Position numbers and translations under genes: made by a program
The notes under the pieces: generated by a model
Seen by the model: only the letters and a program-made list of their open reading frames with translations
What the model was told of the DNA's origin: nothing
Database searches by the model: none
In this document: positions 23,086 to 31,267 of the stretch, in pieces
Position numbering within the stretch: position 1 is the first letter of the stretch
Layout of the letters: each line of letters opens with the position of its first letter
Assembly: GCA_030604855.1 (NCBI GenBank)
Contig: JAUVVC010000005.1
Coordinates: forward strand, 1 to 32,000
Direction of reading: 5' to 3'
Origin: Erysipelotrichaceae bacterium
GTDB taxonomy: Bacteria > Bacillota_I > Bacilli_A > Erysipelotrichales > Erysipelotrichaceae
DNA length: 32,000 nucleotides

Positions 23086-25929
23086 ATGAATAAAATATTT
23101 AGTTCTTTAGGTTCTCTCATTGAGAGAAAACCTTTTAAGTCGCTCTTATTGACTTTGCTTGTTGTAGCAGGGATGGTCGCAGGTGCCAGTCAAATGCGTA
23201 TGGCAACGGGAAATGAAACCTTGGTTCAAGTCGACAACCCTGTTTATATTTCAAATCAAGCCATGGAAGAGACCTTTGGCGGTGATGCGATTCTTGTCTT
23301 GTTTGACGCAGATCATCGTGAGGACTTGTTAAGTGTAGAAAACATCCAGAAGATGTATGCCATCGAACAACGTCTAAGTTATGAAGACAATCTTTTCAGT
23401 GTCATCAGTCCAGCAACGGTAGTACATCAAATCACGTCGAAACAAGCTGAGATGATTATCGAAAATGTTGGGACGATGAGTGAAGGCTTGAACACCATGG
23501 GCGTTAAGATGCAAGATCTTGGGAACACCCTATTGGCCAAAGACATCAAGGACCCCAAGGAAATGTTGGCAAAACTTGAAGAACTTGGTGCAATGAGTGC
23601 GAAGTTCAGTGAACTCGCGAATGCCCAAACACAGATGACCTCGGGTGTCGCACAACTTGAAACGGGCTTATATCAAGTCTCGGATGGTCTGAGTACAGTT
23701 GCCACGCAATTAAGTGCGCTTGCTCAAAGCCAAGCTGCAGGTCCACTTCAAACCAATCTCTTGGCAATTGCTGGAAATCTCGAAAATACATCGACAGGCG
23801 TTCGCACCATGGGCACTAATACACAGAAGATTCAAGAGGGCACAAGTGCTACGGCAGGTGCACTGACAATGATTGGATCCACCTTGAATACTGAACTCAG
23901 TGGAATGAAAGAGGGCTTGAAGGATGCACTCTCTCCTCAAGAGCTCAAAGCCATGGCGGAGGGTTTTGTATCCATGGGTGCGAATCTTGAAGAGATCAGT
24001 TCAGGTCTAAGCCTCTTTCAAACCAAGAGCACCATGATGGAAGCCAATGTGCCAAGTTTAGCCAGTGAGATGAACCTTGTTCTGTATGAAGAGGGTTCAC
24101 TCCGCAGCGTATTTTCAGATGTGGTTATCAGCGATACACAAGCTATGATGATGGTTAAGTTGGAGGGCAATCTCAATGATGTGGAGAAAGAGCGTTTAAC
24201 CAATCTCGTCATCACAAGCATCGAGGATGCGGATTTTATGACTGTTGAACCAACAATATCCGGAAAAACCGTCTTAGACATCGCACTTCGAACAGAGATG
24301 AAATCAAGCATGATGGTTATGGTCGCTTTAGCGGTGTTGATCATGTTTGCCGTACTCTTACTTGTGTTTAAGGTTAAATGGCGGATGTTGAGCCTGGCTG
24401 TGATCTTTGTGTCGGTAATTGCGACATTGGGCTTCATGAGTTGGATTCGTGTGCCGGTAACCATGGTATCGATGGCAGTTTTCCCCATCTTGATCGGCTT
24501 GGGCATTGATTACTCGATTCAGTTTCACAACCGTTTCCACGAGGAACAAAGTGTCCAAACAAGCTTGTCACAAATTGGTAAAGCCATTGGAATCGCGGTC
24601 TTTGCGACGGTATTGGGCTTTATCTCACTGTATGCTTCGCCTGTTCCAATGATCAAGGATTTCGGGAAGATGCTGACGATCGGGGTCGTTGTGAGTTTTT
24701 TGGGCAGTATTTTCCTACTCTTGCCAATTATACAAATCGGGAAACTGAATGATCATCCGGTCAAAGCAATCATCAAAAAAGAAAATCAGAACAGTAATTT
24801 AGATCGTTTCTTTAAAGGGATGACCCGATTGACTTTAAAATTATCCATTCCGATTTTACTTACGGTTCTATTTCTGGCGGGTTATGGTATTTATGTGGAT
24901 AATCAAGTGGGTGTTGAGACCGACATTGAAACTTTTATGCCCCAAGATCTTCCAGCTTTAATCGACATTCACAAAATACGCGATGCGGTGGAGACTACAG
25001 ATCAGATCGCGATTTATCTCAAAGATGACACTATTTTAAGTGAAAGCAATCTGCTTTGGATCGATTCAAAGGTTCAAAGCTTAACATCAAAATACAGCAA
25101 TGAAATTGTAAGCATAAAGTCATTATCTAGTTTGTTAAGTGCACTTGGAGCGGATGAAACAACATCCTATGATGAGAAAATGGACTTGATGAGCGATCTT
25201 CCTGCCACGCAACGAGCGATGTTTGTGAACGTGGATGAGAATGAAAGCTTGATCTTGGTGAATATCAAACATCTCTCGACCGAAGCTTCTAAGGCGTTGA
25301 TTCAAGATATCCAAACAGATCTTGCGGATGCGCCGATGGAAGTTCAGTTGGCTGGCAAGACCGTAATGGATGTCGAAATGGTCGAAGGATTGACATCGGG
25401 TCGTATCACGATGACCTTATTGGGTTTAGCTTTGGTTTTCATGGCATTATTGATCATTTATCGAAACCTGTTCAAAGCGCTGATTCCAATTATTCCAGTC
25501 GTCTTAATCATCGGAATTTCTAGTTTGGTCATGGTGGGTATGAATATTGATTTCACGCCCATTACCGCTACCCTCGGTGCGCTTGTCCTTGGCATGGGCA
25601 GTGAGATGACGATCATGGTTATGGAGCGATACTTGGAAGAACGTGAAATCGGTCTGACTAAACAAGATGCCATGTCGCTTTCAATCCAAAAGATTGGCAA
25701 AGCTGTCTTGGCCTCCGGCTTGACCACGATTGGTGGGTTTGCAGTGCTCTTGTTCTCGGATTTTGTGATCCTGCAAGACTTTGGGTTCATGACCGTTGTA
25801 AACATCAGTTTGGCACTTTTAAGTACATTCATCGTCTTGCCTCCTCTGATTGTCTTGTTTGATCGTTTCTTAGTTAAAAAAGAAGTACGTGAACGTGTTC
25901 AGCTTAAAGCTTTAGAAAGTGAGGTATAA
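23086..25929 (+). CDS. MMPL/RND-superfamily transporter (YdgH/YdfJ-like) with a heptad-repeat insertion in extracytoplasmic loop 1
   Basis: 947 aa. The architecture is TM1, a ~360-aa loop, 5 TM, a ~200-aa loop, then 6 TM. The loop holds xxxLxxG heptads (..GVAQLETGLYQVSDGLSTVATQL..). The gene starts 3 nt after tetR. Confidence 0.85.
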   Translation: MNKIFSSLGSLIERKPFKSLLLTLLVVAGMVAGASQMRMATGNETLVQVDNPVYISNQAMEETFGGDAILVLFDADHREDLLSVENIQKMYAIEQRLSYEDNLFSVISPATVVHQITSKQAEMIIENVGTMSEGLNTMGVKMQDLGNTLLAKDIKDPKEMLAKLEELGAMSAKFSELANAQTQMTSGVAQLETGLYQVSDGLSTVATQLSALAQSQAAGPLQTNLLAIAGNLENTSTGVRTMGTNTQKIQEGTSATAGALTMIGSTLNTELSGMKEGLKDALSPQELKAMAEGFVSMGANLEEISSGLSLFQTKSTMMEANVPSLASEMNLVLYEEGSLRSVFSDVVISDTQAMMMVKLEGNLNDVEKERLTNLVITSIEDADFMTVEPTISGKTVLDIALRTEMKSSMMVMVALAVLIMFAVLLLVFKVKWRMLSLAVIFVSVIATLGFMSWIRVPVTMVSMAVFPILIGLGIDYSIQFHNRFHEEQSVQTSLSQIGKAIGIAVFATVLGFISLYASPVPMIKDFGKMLTIGVVVSFLGSIFLLLPIIQIGKLNDHPVKAIIKKENQNSNLDRFFKGMTRLTLKLSIPILLTVLFLAGYGIYVDNQVGVETDIETFMPQDLPALIDIHKIRDAVETTDQIAIYLKDDTILSESNLLWIDSKVQSLTSKYSNEIVSIKSLSSLLSALGADETTSYDEKMDLMSDLPATQRAMFVNVDENESLILVNIKHLSTEASKALIQDIQTDLADAPMEVQLAGKTVMDVEMVEGLTSGRITMTLLGLALVFMALLIIYRNLFKALIPIIPVVLIIGISSLVMVGMNIDFTPITATLGALVLGMGSEMTIMVMERYLEEREIGLTKQDAMSLSIQKIGKAVLASGLTTIGGFAVLLFSDFVILQDFGFMTVVNISLALLSTFIVLPPLIVLFDRFLVKKEVRERVQLKALESEV

Positions 25930-25932
25930 GAA

Positions 25933-26535
25933 ATGTTGAGTCCGATAGTAATCGGTATATTGATGGGATTGGCATATTATTTCACACCACAGATTTTGAA
26001 TTATCGCAAACAACTTTACATTGTGGTGTGGTTTGTCTTGGCGTTTGTGATTGCCCTTCGAGGAATGCCATTTGTGACACCCTTTATCAAAGGTTTCGTT
26101 GGGTTCGCCTTCTTTTATGTCGTCATGGTCACCGGTGCTTTAAATCCAAACTGGAAATTGACGAAGAAGTTGCGCAGTGTGCGTGCACCGTATTCCATTC
26201 TGGGTTTCGTGCTCTTGATGAGTCATCCGTTAAACTACGTGGCAGAGGTTCTGAGCAAGCAACGTGATATTCCTTATTTTGGTGTTGCAGCATTCGTAAT
26301 CATGATTCCACTCTTCATCACCAGTTATATGGCGGTACGTAAGAAGATGAAGGCCCAAGCCTGGATCAAGCTTCAACGATGGGCTTATCTGAGTTATGCT
26401 TTGGTTCTTATTCATCTTGTGGTGAATGCTTCATCACCTCAGAATCGGATTGTGGCGATTCTTTTGTTTATACCATATATCGGCTTGAAAGTGTATAAGG
26501 AGTTTATCGTTAAGCAAAAAGTTGTCAGTGCATAA
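25933..26535 (+). CDS. Ferric-reductase-like (YedZ/MsrQ-type) polytopic membrane protein, putative heme b-binding
   Basis: 200 aa, ~6 TM. ..RAPYSILGFVLLMSHPLNY.. and ..WIKLQRWAYLSYALVLIHLVV.. resemble the two His-bearing helices of MsrQ/YedZ. The gene starts 3 nt after mmpL. Confidence 0.55.
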   Translation: MLSPIVIGILMGLAYYFTPQILNYRKQLYIVVWFVLAFVIALRGMPFVTPFIKGFVGFAFFYVVMVTGALNPNWKLTKKLRSVRAPYSILGFVLLMSHPLNYVAEVLSKQRDIPYFGVAAFVIMIPLFITSYMAVRKKMKAQAWIKLQRWAYLSYALVLIHLVVNASSPQNRIVAILLFIPYIGLKVYKEFIVKQKVVSA

Positions 26536-26538
26536 GTT

Positions 26539-26567
26539 TTGCACAGTCTGTTCATGTTTTGTACAAT
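26539..26567 (+). promoter_or_regulatory. Sigma-A-type promoter of the cytochrome-b5-like lipoprotein gene
   Basis: TTGCAC, a 17-nt spacer, then TACAAT. Confidence 0.55.
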
Positions 26568-26588
26568 GTTGCAAAGCGAGGACAGTTT

Positions 26589-26975
26589 ATGCGAAAATCA
26601 GGAATCATATTCGTGCTTATGTTCGTCTTGACAGGCTGTGCGACAGAAACACCGATCGCAGAGTCCTTTAAACCAACACCGATTGAAACCGATGGGGAGA
26701 CCCTTGACGAAGTGACGGGACTTAGAGTTGATGCGGAATCGGGACTTCTATTGATGTCACTTGAAGAACTTGCTCAATTCAATGGAAAAGATGGAAATCT
26801 TGCCTTTGTGGCGGTGGATGGTCAAGTCTATGATGTGACCAACGAACCCAAGTGGCGCAATGGGGATCATAATGGCCAACAAGCGGGTCAGGATGTCAGT
26901 GCCTATATCAGTGGTGCCCCGCATGGCAAAGGGATTCTGGACCGATTCACGGTTGTAGGAAAGATTACGGAATAA
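26589..26975 (+). CDS. Lipoprotein with a cytochrome b5-like heme/steroid-binding domain
   Basis: Lipobox MRKSGIIFVLMFVLTGC. The domain is LEELAQFNGKDGNLAFVAVDGQVYDVTN..W.NG.H....AGQDVS......PHG..IL. I place the start at ATG 26589, after GAGGA. The track's 26559 TTG start is an extension. Confidence 0.75.
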   Translation: MRKSGIIFVLMFVLTGCATETPIAESFKPTPIETDGETLDEVTGLRVDAESGLLLMSLEELAQFNGKDGNLAFVAVDGQVYDVTNEPKWRNGDHNGQQAGQDVSAYISGAPHGKGILDRFTVVGKITE

Positions 26976-26987
26976 AGTAATTACAAG

Positions 26988-27014
26988 AACGCATCTCACA
27001 ATGCGTTTTATTTT
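26988..27014 (+). terminator. Rho-independent terminator
   Basis: AACGCAT-ctcaca-ATGCGTT followed by TTATTTT. Confidence 0.75.
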
Positions 27015-27021
27015 ACACTTT

Positions 27022-27048
27022 TGTCACAGTTTTGATCATTTTGTGACA
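27022..27048. repeat. Inverted repeat TGTCACA-N13-TGTGACA upstream of the DUF2202 gene
   Basis: Seen directly. It also reads as the direct repeat TTTTGTCACA / TTTTGTGACA with a 20-nt period. A -10-like TATACT lies at 27060-27065. Confidence 0.4.
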
Positions 27049-27117
27049 CATCCTTTCGGTATACTGTGCTCAAGATCAAATACATGATCGGGTCAACAGA
27101 CCACAGGAGAAATCAAA

Positions 27118-27732
27118 ATGAGAAAAATCTTTAGTACCACAATTCTAAGTGGTATCCTACTCGCTAGTATCGCAAGCCTCGCGCCTGTCAGCGCATTGGA
27201 GGCAAGTGATGCGGAGTTGGAGAAAATGTTTACGGTATTGATCAACGATGAATATAAAGCTCAAGCAGAATACGAAGCCTTAATTGATGAATTCGGAGCA
27301 GTCAATCCATTCGCGCGGATCGTCAAAGCGGAAGCACGTCACATCGATGCGTTGGAAACCTTATTCGATGTGTATGATTTCGATATCCCAGAAGATAATG
27401 GAGAAAAGTATGCGGTTGTACCAAACTCATTGGAAGAAGCCTATGCGATCGGAGTTGAAGCGGAAGTCGCAAACATCAAACTGTATGAAGACTACTTGAA
27501 ACTCGATTTACCAGAGGATGTAAAACGTGTCTTCACCAACTTGATGAAGGCATCTGAAAATCACCTGCGTGCCTTTGAAAATGCAGTGGTTGGAAACATT
27601 GGCACCGGCAATGGTTCAAGAGGCAATGCTGAAATGCGCCAGACACGTACAGAAGATTGTGATCTCACAGGTGAAGCTCAGGTTTTGAATGAAAGTCGTC
27701 AGATGAATCAACGCAAAGGCCGTAATTTCTAA
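27118..27732 (+). CDS. Secreted ferritin-like protein (DUF2202 family)
   Basis: Signal peptide MRKIFSTTILSGILLASIASLAPVSALEA. ..DEYKAQAEYEALIDEFG..NPFARIVKAEARHIDAL..LF.. and ..ASENHLRAFE.. are the paired E/H helices of the DUF2202 ferritin-like fold. Confidence 0.7.
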   Translation: MRKIFSTTILSGILLASIASLAPVSALEASDAELEKMFTVLINDEYKAQAEYEALIDEFGAVNPFARIVKAEARHIDALETLFDVYDFDIPEDNGEKYAVVPNSLEEAYAIGVEAEVANIKLYEDYLKLDLPEDVKRVFTNLMKASENHLRAFENAVVGNIGTGNGSRGNAEMRQTRTEDCDLTGEAQVLNESRQMNQRKGRNF

Positions 27733-27734
27733 GA

Positions 27735-27760
27735 AGATTGGGGAAACCCAGTCTTTTTGT
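27735..27760 (+). terminator. Rho-independent terminator
   Basis: AGATTGGG-gaaa-CCCAGTCT (one G.U pair) followed by TTTTTG. Confidence 0.65.
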
Positions 27761-27783
27761 TTATAATGAAGTCAGAGGAAACT

Positions 27784-28167
27784 ATGAAACTTGAACACTT
27801 GGCTTGTTATGTTAGAGATTTGGAGTTAATGAAGACTTTCTACATGAAATACTTCAACGCCATACCGAATGAAAAGTATCACAATCCCAGAACGGGCTTG
27901 ATGACCTATTTTCTTACTTTTGAAGAAGGCGCACGTTTGGAGATCATGAGTCGACCCGACATGGAAGATGTAAAGCGTGGTCTGATGCAAAATGGCTTTA
28001 TTCATATCGCATTCAAATTGGGAACCAAAGAAAAAGTCGATCAAATGTTTGAACGACTTAAAGCAGATGGCTATGAAATCCTAAGTGGTCCTCGGACCAC
28101 AGGAGACGGCTACTATGAACTGGCTTTCCTGGATCCTGAAAACAATCAGATTGAACTGGTCGCGTAA
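27784..28167 (+). CDS. VOC-family protein (glyoxalase/bleomycin-resistance/dioxygenase fold)
   Basis: MKLEHLACYVRDLE..FY...F.. at the N-terminus and ..HIAF....E.V......L...G.. GPR.TGDGYYE..FLDPENN.IEL at the C-terminus. 127 aa from ATG 27784. Confidence 0.8.
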   Translation: MKLEHLACYVRDLELMKTFYMKYFNAIPNEKYHNPRTGLMTYFLTFEEGARLEIMSRPDMEDVKRGLMQNGFIHIAFKLGTKEKVDQMFERLKADGYEILSGPRTTGDGYYELAFLDPENNQIELVA

Positions 28168-28189
28168 GCAATGCTTATGCGACTTTTCT

Positions 28190-29338
28190 TCAACGGATAC
28201 GTACGGCAAAACTTTGAATGACAACTGTAAGCAAAGCGGTCGCTAAGGTAAAGAAAATGATGCTTTGAATACCAAAATTAGCGACAATAAGTGCAGCGAT
28301 GCTTGAGCCGATCGCAGAACCCAATTGAATGGACGTACCGGTGAGACTGATGATGAAGCGAGCATCGTGATGCGTCTCCTGCATGATGCCGAGATTCAAC
28401 TGAAGACCCGTCAACCAGGCACTCATGATGTAGAAGATGATAAAGAGTATGTTGAAGAGCGTAAAGTTACGCAAGACAATGACCAAAAGAATGTTTACCG
28501 TCTGCAAAGCTGCGCCAACCAACATGGACTTTGAATAACCGATGCGATCACTGAGGTGGCCACCGATGTTATTGCCAATGAAACTGGCAAAGCCCAAACC
28601 CACCAAAACGAGACTCATGATCGGGTTCAAGTCTGGAAAACGATCCAATAAGAAAGGTGTCACAAAGGTGTTCAGCGCCGCAAAACCACTGAACATGACT
28701 AAGGTGAAAATATAAATTGTCCATACTTTTATGGACTTCAAGTAATCAAATTGATCCAGTATGCTCATCTTCTCAGTTTCATCCCTTGGATTCGGCAATA
28801 CCAAAGCAAAATAAATAAAGGCTGAAAAGCTTAAGCCATTTAGAATCCAGAAGATACCACGCCAATCCAAAATACCCGACAAAGCTCTTGCAAGGGGAAC
28901 ACCCACCAACATGGCTAAGGCATTGCCCATGATGAGAAATGCCAAAGATCGTCCTTGACGGTCTTTATCCGAAAGTGAGATGACCGTGGAAATTGCCATG
29001 ACCCCATAGCCATTGATCGTGATGCCCATCAAGGTACGCGCCACTAACAATAAGATGAAGTTTGGCGCAAGAATCGTTGCGACATTACTGAATATACTGA
29101 GCGCCAACAGGATAAGCATCAAACGTTTTCGATTGGCCTTTGCAAAGACAATCAGAATGATCGGGACTCCAATCGCGGCCCCAACTGAAAAAGTGGTTGC
29201 TAAAAGACCCGTCAATGCGACCGAGACATTCAACGATAAAGCGACTTGATCCAAGATGCCACCAAAAACCATGGCAGACATCCCAATCACAAAGTTCATC
29301 AACATGAATACGGTTAAAGTAAGTTGTGTTTTTTTCAT
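28190..29338 (-). CDS. MFS transporter, DHA1-type 12-TM exporter
   Basis: 382 aa with 12 predicted TM helices. An MFS motif-A-like loop (LSDKDRQGRSL) is present. Confidence 0.85.
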   Translation of the reverse strand: MKKTQLTLTVFMLMNFVIGMSAMVFGGILDQVALSLNVSVALTGLLATTFSVGAAIGVPIILIVFAKANRKRLMLILLALSIFSNVATILAPNFILLLVARTLMGITINGYGVMAISTVISLSDKDRQGRSLAFLIMGNALAMLVGVPLARALSGILDWRGIFWILNGLSFSAFIYFALVLPNPRDETEKMSILDQFDYLKSIKVWTIYIFTLVMFSGFAALNTFVTPFLLDRFPDLNPIMSLVLVGLGFASFIGNNIGGHLSDRIGYSKSMLVGAALQTVNILLVIVLRNFTLFNILFIIFYIMSAWLTGLQLNLGIMQETHHDARFIISLTGTSIQLGSAIGSSIAALIVANFGIQSIIFFTLATALLTVVIQSFAVRIR

Positions 29339-29355
29339 TTTAAATCCTCGTGCTG

Positions 29356-29386
29356 ATTATAAGGGCTAAAGTCCACTCTAAGTCAA
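29356..29386 (-). promoter_or_regulatory. MerR-type promoter (19-bp spacer) of the MFS exporter
   Basis: The minus strand reads C-TTGACT-TAGAGTGGACTTTAGCCCT-TATAAT. It has the same CTTGACTT(G/A)GA start and 19-nt spacer as the two aldo/keto reductase promoters. Confidence 0.55.
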
Positions 29387-29406
29387 GTGTATGTTAATGA
29401 GGACAC

Positions 29407-29433
29407 ATTTACAATCAACCAAAGATTGTAAAT
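29407..29433. repeat. Perfect 10-bp inverted repeat ATTTACAATC-N7-GATTGTAAAT
   Basis: Seen directly in the divergent MFS/purE intergenic region. No T-tract follows on either strand. Confidence 0.4.
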
Positions 29434-29537
29434 AATTACATTGCTTACATTCATTTCATCACTTCCTTTAAGCGCGGCTTTGGTGTAGAATACGCCTATA
29501 AAGTACGCAATGTACTTTATTAAGCAAAATCAAATCG

Positions 29538-29605
29538 TTTTGTATAATCGCAGTAAGCTATGGTCTGCAAGTCTCTACCCCTTCACCCCTGAAGGGACTA
29601 CAAAA
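29538..29605 (+). promoter_or_regulatory. Purine riboswitch aptamer, guanine/hypoxanthine class
   Basis: P1 is TTTTGTA/TACAAAA. J1/2 is TAAT. P2 is CGCAG..CTGCA with the loop TAAGCTATGGT. J2/3 is AGTCTCTAC. P3 is CCCTTC/GAAGGG. J3/1 is ACT, with C at the ligand-discriminating position (29598). This aligns with the B. subtilis xpt G-box as I recall it. Confidence 0.85.
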
Positions 29606-29637
29606 TAAAAATAAGCTTTTTAGCTATTTTTGTTTTT

Positions 29638-29662
29638 AGACACTGGGGGCAGTGTCTTTTTG
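29638..29662 (+). terminator. Riboswitch expression-platform terminator
   Basis: AGACACTG-gggg-CAGTGTCT, an 8-bp stem, followed by TTTTTG. It lies 17 nt upstream of the purE start. Confidence 0.85.
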
Positions 29663-29678
29663 CATTTAGGAGGAAAAA

Positions 29679-30167
29679 ATGGAAAATCAAGTCAAAGTAT
29701 CGGTTGTCATGGGCTCTATTTCAGATTACGACACGGTCAAAGAAGCATGCATGATCTTAGATGGCTTCAATGTCAGTTACGAGAAAAAGATCGTGAGCGC
29801 ACATCGTACCCCTGAGTTCATGGTCGCTTATGCGAAAGAAGCTCGCGCAAACGGCATTCAGGTCATCATTGCGGCAGCGGGAGGAGCAGCCCACCTGCCT
29901 GGCATGATCGCAAGTTTGACGACCCTACCAGTCATCGGAATCCCCATTCAATCCAAAGCACTCAATGGTTTGGACAGTCTACTCTCCATCGTACAAATGC
30001 CCGCTGGTGTTCCGGTTTTAACCACCGCCATTGGGATTGCTGGAGCTAAGAATGCCGCCTTGGGTGCTTTACGCATATTAAGTCTTCATGATCAAGCCAT
30101 TGAAGAAAATCTTCGTGCTTATCAAGCAAAGAATGAAAAAGATGTGATGGAGACGCCTCTACCATGA
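29679..30167 (+). CDS. purE: N5-carboxyaminoimidazole ribonucleotide mutase
   Basis: ..[40 protein letters not shown].. are PurE signature regions. AGGAGG ribosome-binding site. Confidence 0.95.
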   Translation: MENQVKVSVVMGSISDYDTVKEACMILDGFNVSYEKKIVSAHRTPEFMVAYAKEARANGIQVIIAAAGGAAHLPGMIASLTTLPVIGIPIQSKALNGLDSLLSIVQMPAGVPVLTTAIGIAGAKNAALGALRILSLHDQAIEENLRAYQAKNEKDVMETPLP

Positions 30168-31267
30168 ATCTATTGAATCCTCCTGCTGTCATCGGCATCA
30201 TCGGGGGTGGACAATTGGGTCAGATGTTGGCTTTGTCCGCGATTGAACAAGGTTATTGGATCGCGGTATTGGATCCCGATCCCCATTGTCCCTGTTCCAA
30301 GTTGGCTCACCATTTCATTCAAGCCCAATACAACGATGAAGAAGCGCTCAAAAAACTGAATGTCTTGGCGGATGTCATCACCTATGAGTTCGAGAATGTG
30401 GATGTGGAAGCGACCCGAAGGGTCATCGAAGCCCATAAACTTCCTCAAGGTTTCAAAGCTTTGATGATCAGTCAAGATCGCTTGCTCGAGAAACAGTTCG
30501 CCATACAATGTGGGATCCCTTGTGTTCCATTTGAACATTTCAATACACGAGCAGAGTTCGATGCTTTGTCGATCAATCGCCCCCGTGTGATCAAAACACG
30601 TCGATATGGCTACGATGGCAAAGGTCAGAGCTATCTCTATACAGAAATAGATAAAGGACAATGTTCGCTTCGTTTCCCACATCCCTATGTCATTGAAGAT
30701 ATTTGTCTCTTTGATCGTGAAATCAGTGTGGCTGTGTGTGCCTTCGATGATGGCATCGTCGCATTTGAGCCTTTTGAGAACCTACATGTGAAGGGTATCC
30801 TGCGAAGCTCACTATTCCCGGCACGGATCGATCCTGCATTAAGTCAAAAAGCAAACGAAGCTGCGATCCGATTGGTAAAGGCATTGGACTATCGAGGGAT
30901 CTTAGTCGTGGAATACTTTGTATCGGGTGATGAAATCTATTTCAATGAATTCGCACCCCGTCCTCACAATTCTGCGCATGGGACTATTGAAGCTTGTGAT
31001 TTCAGTCAATTCGATCTTCACATACGTGCCATCTCGCATCACCCGAAAGTTGAACCCAAACGACTTCAATGTAACTTGATGCTCAACATCTTGGGTGAAG
31101 ACTATGAACACGCCTTAAAACTTTGGAACACATCCAAAGAAGCCATTCATCTCCATCTCTATGGCAAGACGGAGAAACGTCCCCAACGTAAGATGGGTCA
31201 CTTAAGCTTAAACACCGATACTGTAGAAGCATGCATCCCCCTTATAAACCAATGGAGAACACGATGA
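30164..31267 (+). CDS. purK: N5-carboxyaminoimidazole ribonucleotide synthase (ATP-grasp)
   Basis: ..[39 protein letters not shown]...C..SQF..H.RA.. ATGA overlap with purE. Confidence 0.92.
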   Translation: MNLLNPPAVIGIIGGGQLGQMLALSAIEQGYWIAVLDPDPHCPCSKLAHHFIQAQYNDEEALKKLNVLADVITYEFENVDVEATRRVIEAHKLPQGFKALMISQDRLLEKQFAIQCGIPCVPFEHFNTRAEFDALSINRPRVIKTRRYGYDGKGQSYLYTEIDKGQCSLRFPHPYVIEDICLFDREISVAVCAFDDGIVAFEPFENLHVKGILRSSLFPARIDPALSQKANEAAIRLVKALDYRGILVVEYFVSGDEIYFNEFAPRPHNSAHGTIEACDFSQFDLHIRAISHHPKVEPKRLQCNLMLNILGEDYEHALKLWNTSKEAIHLHLYGKTEKRPQRKMGHLSLNTDTVEACIPLINQWRTR

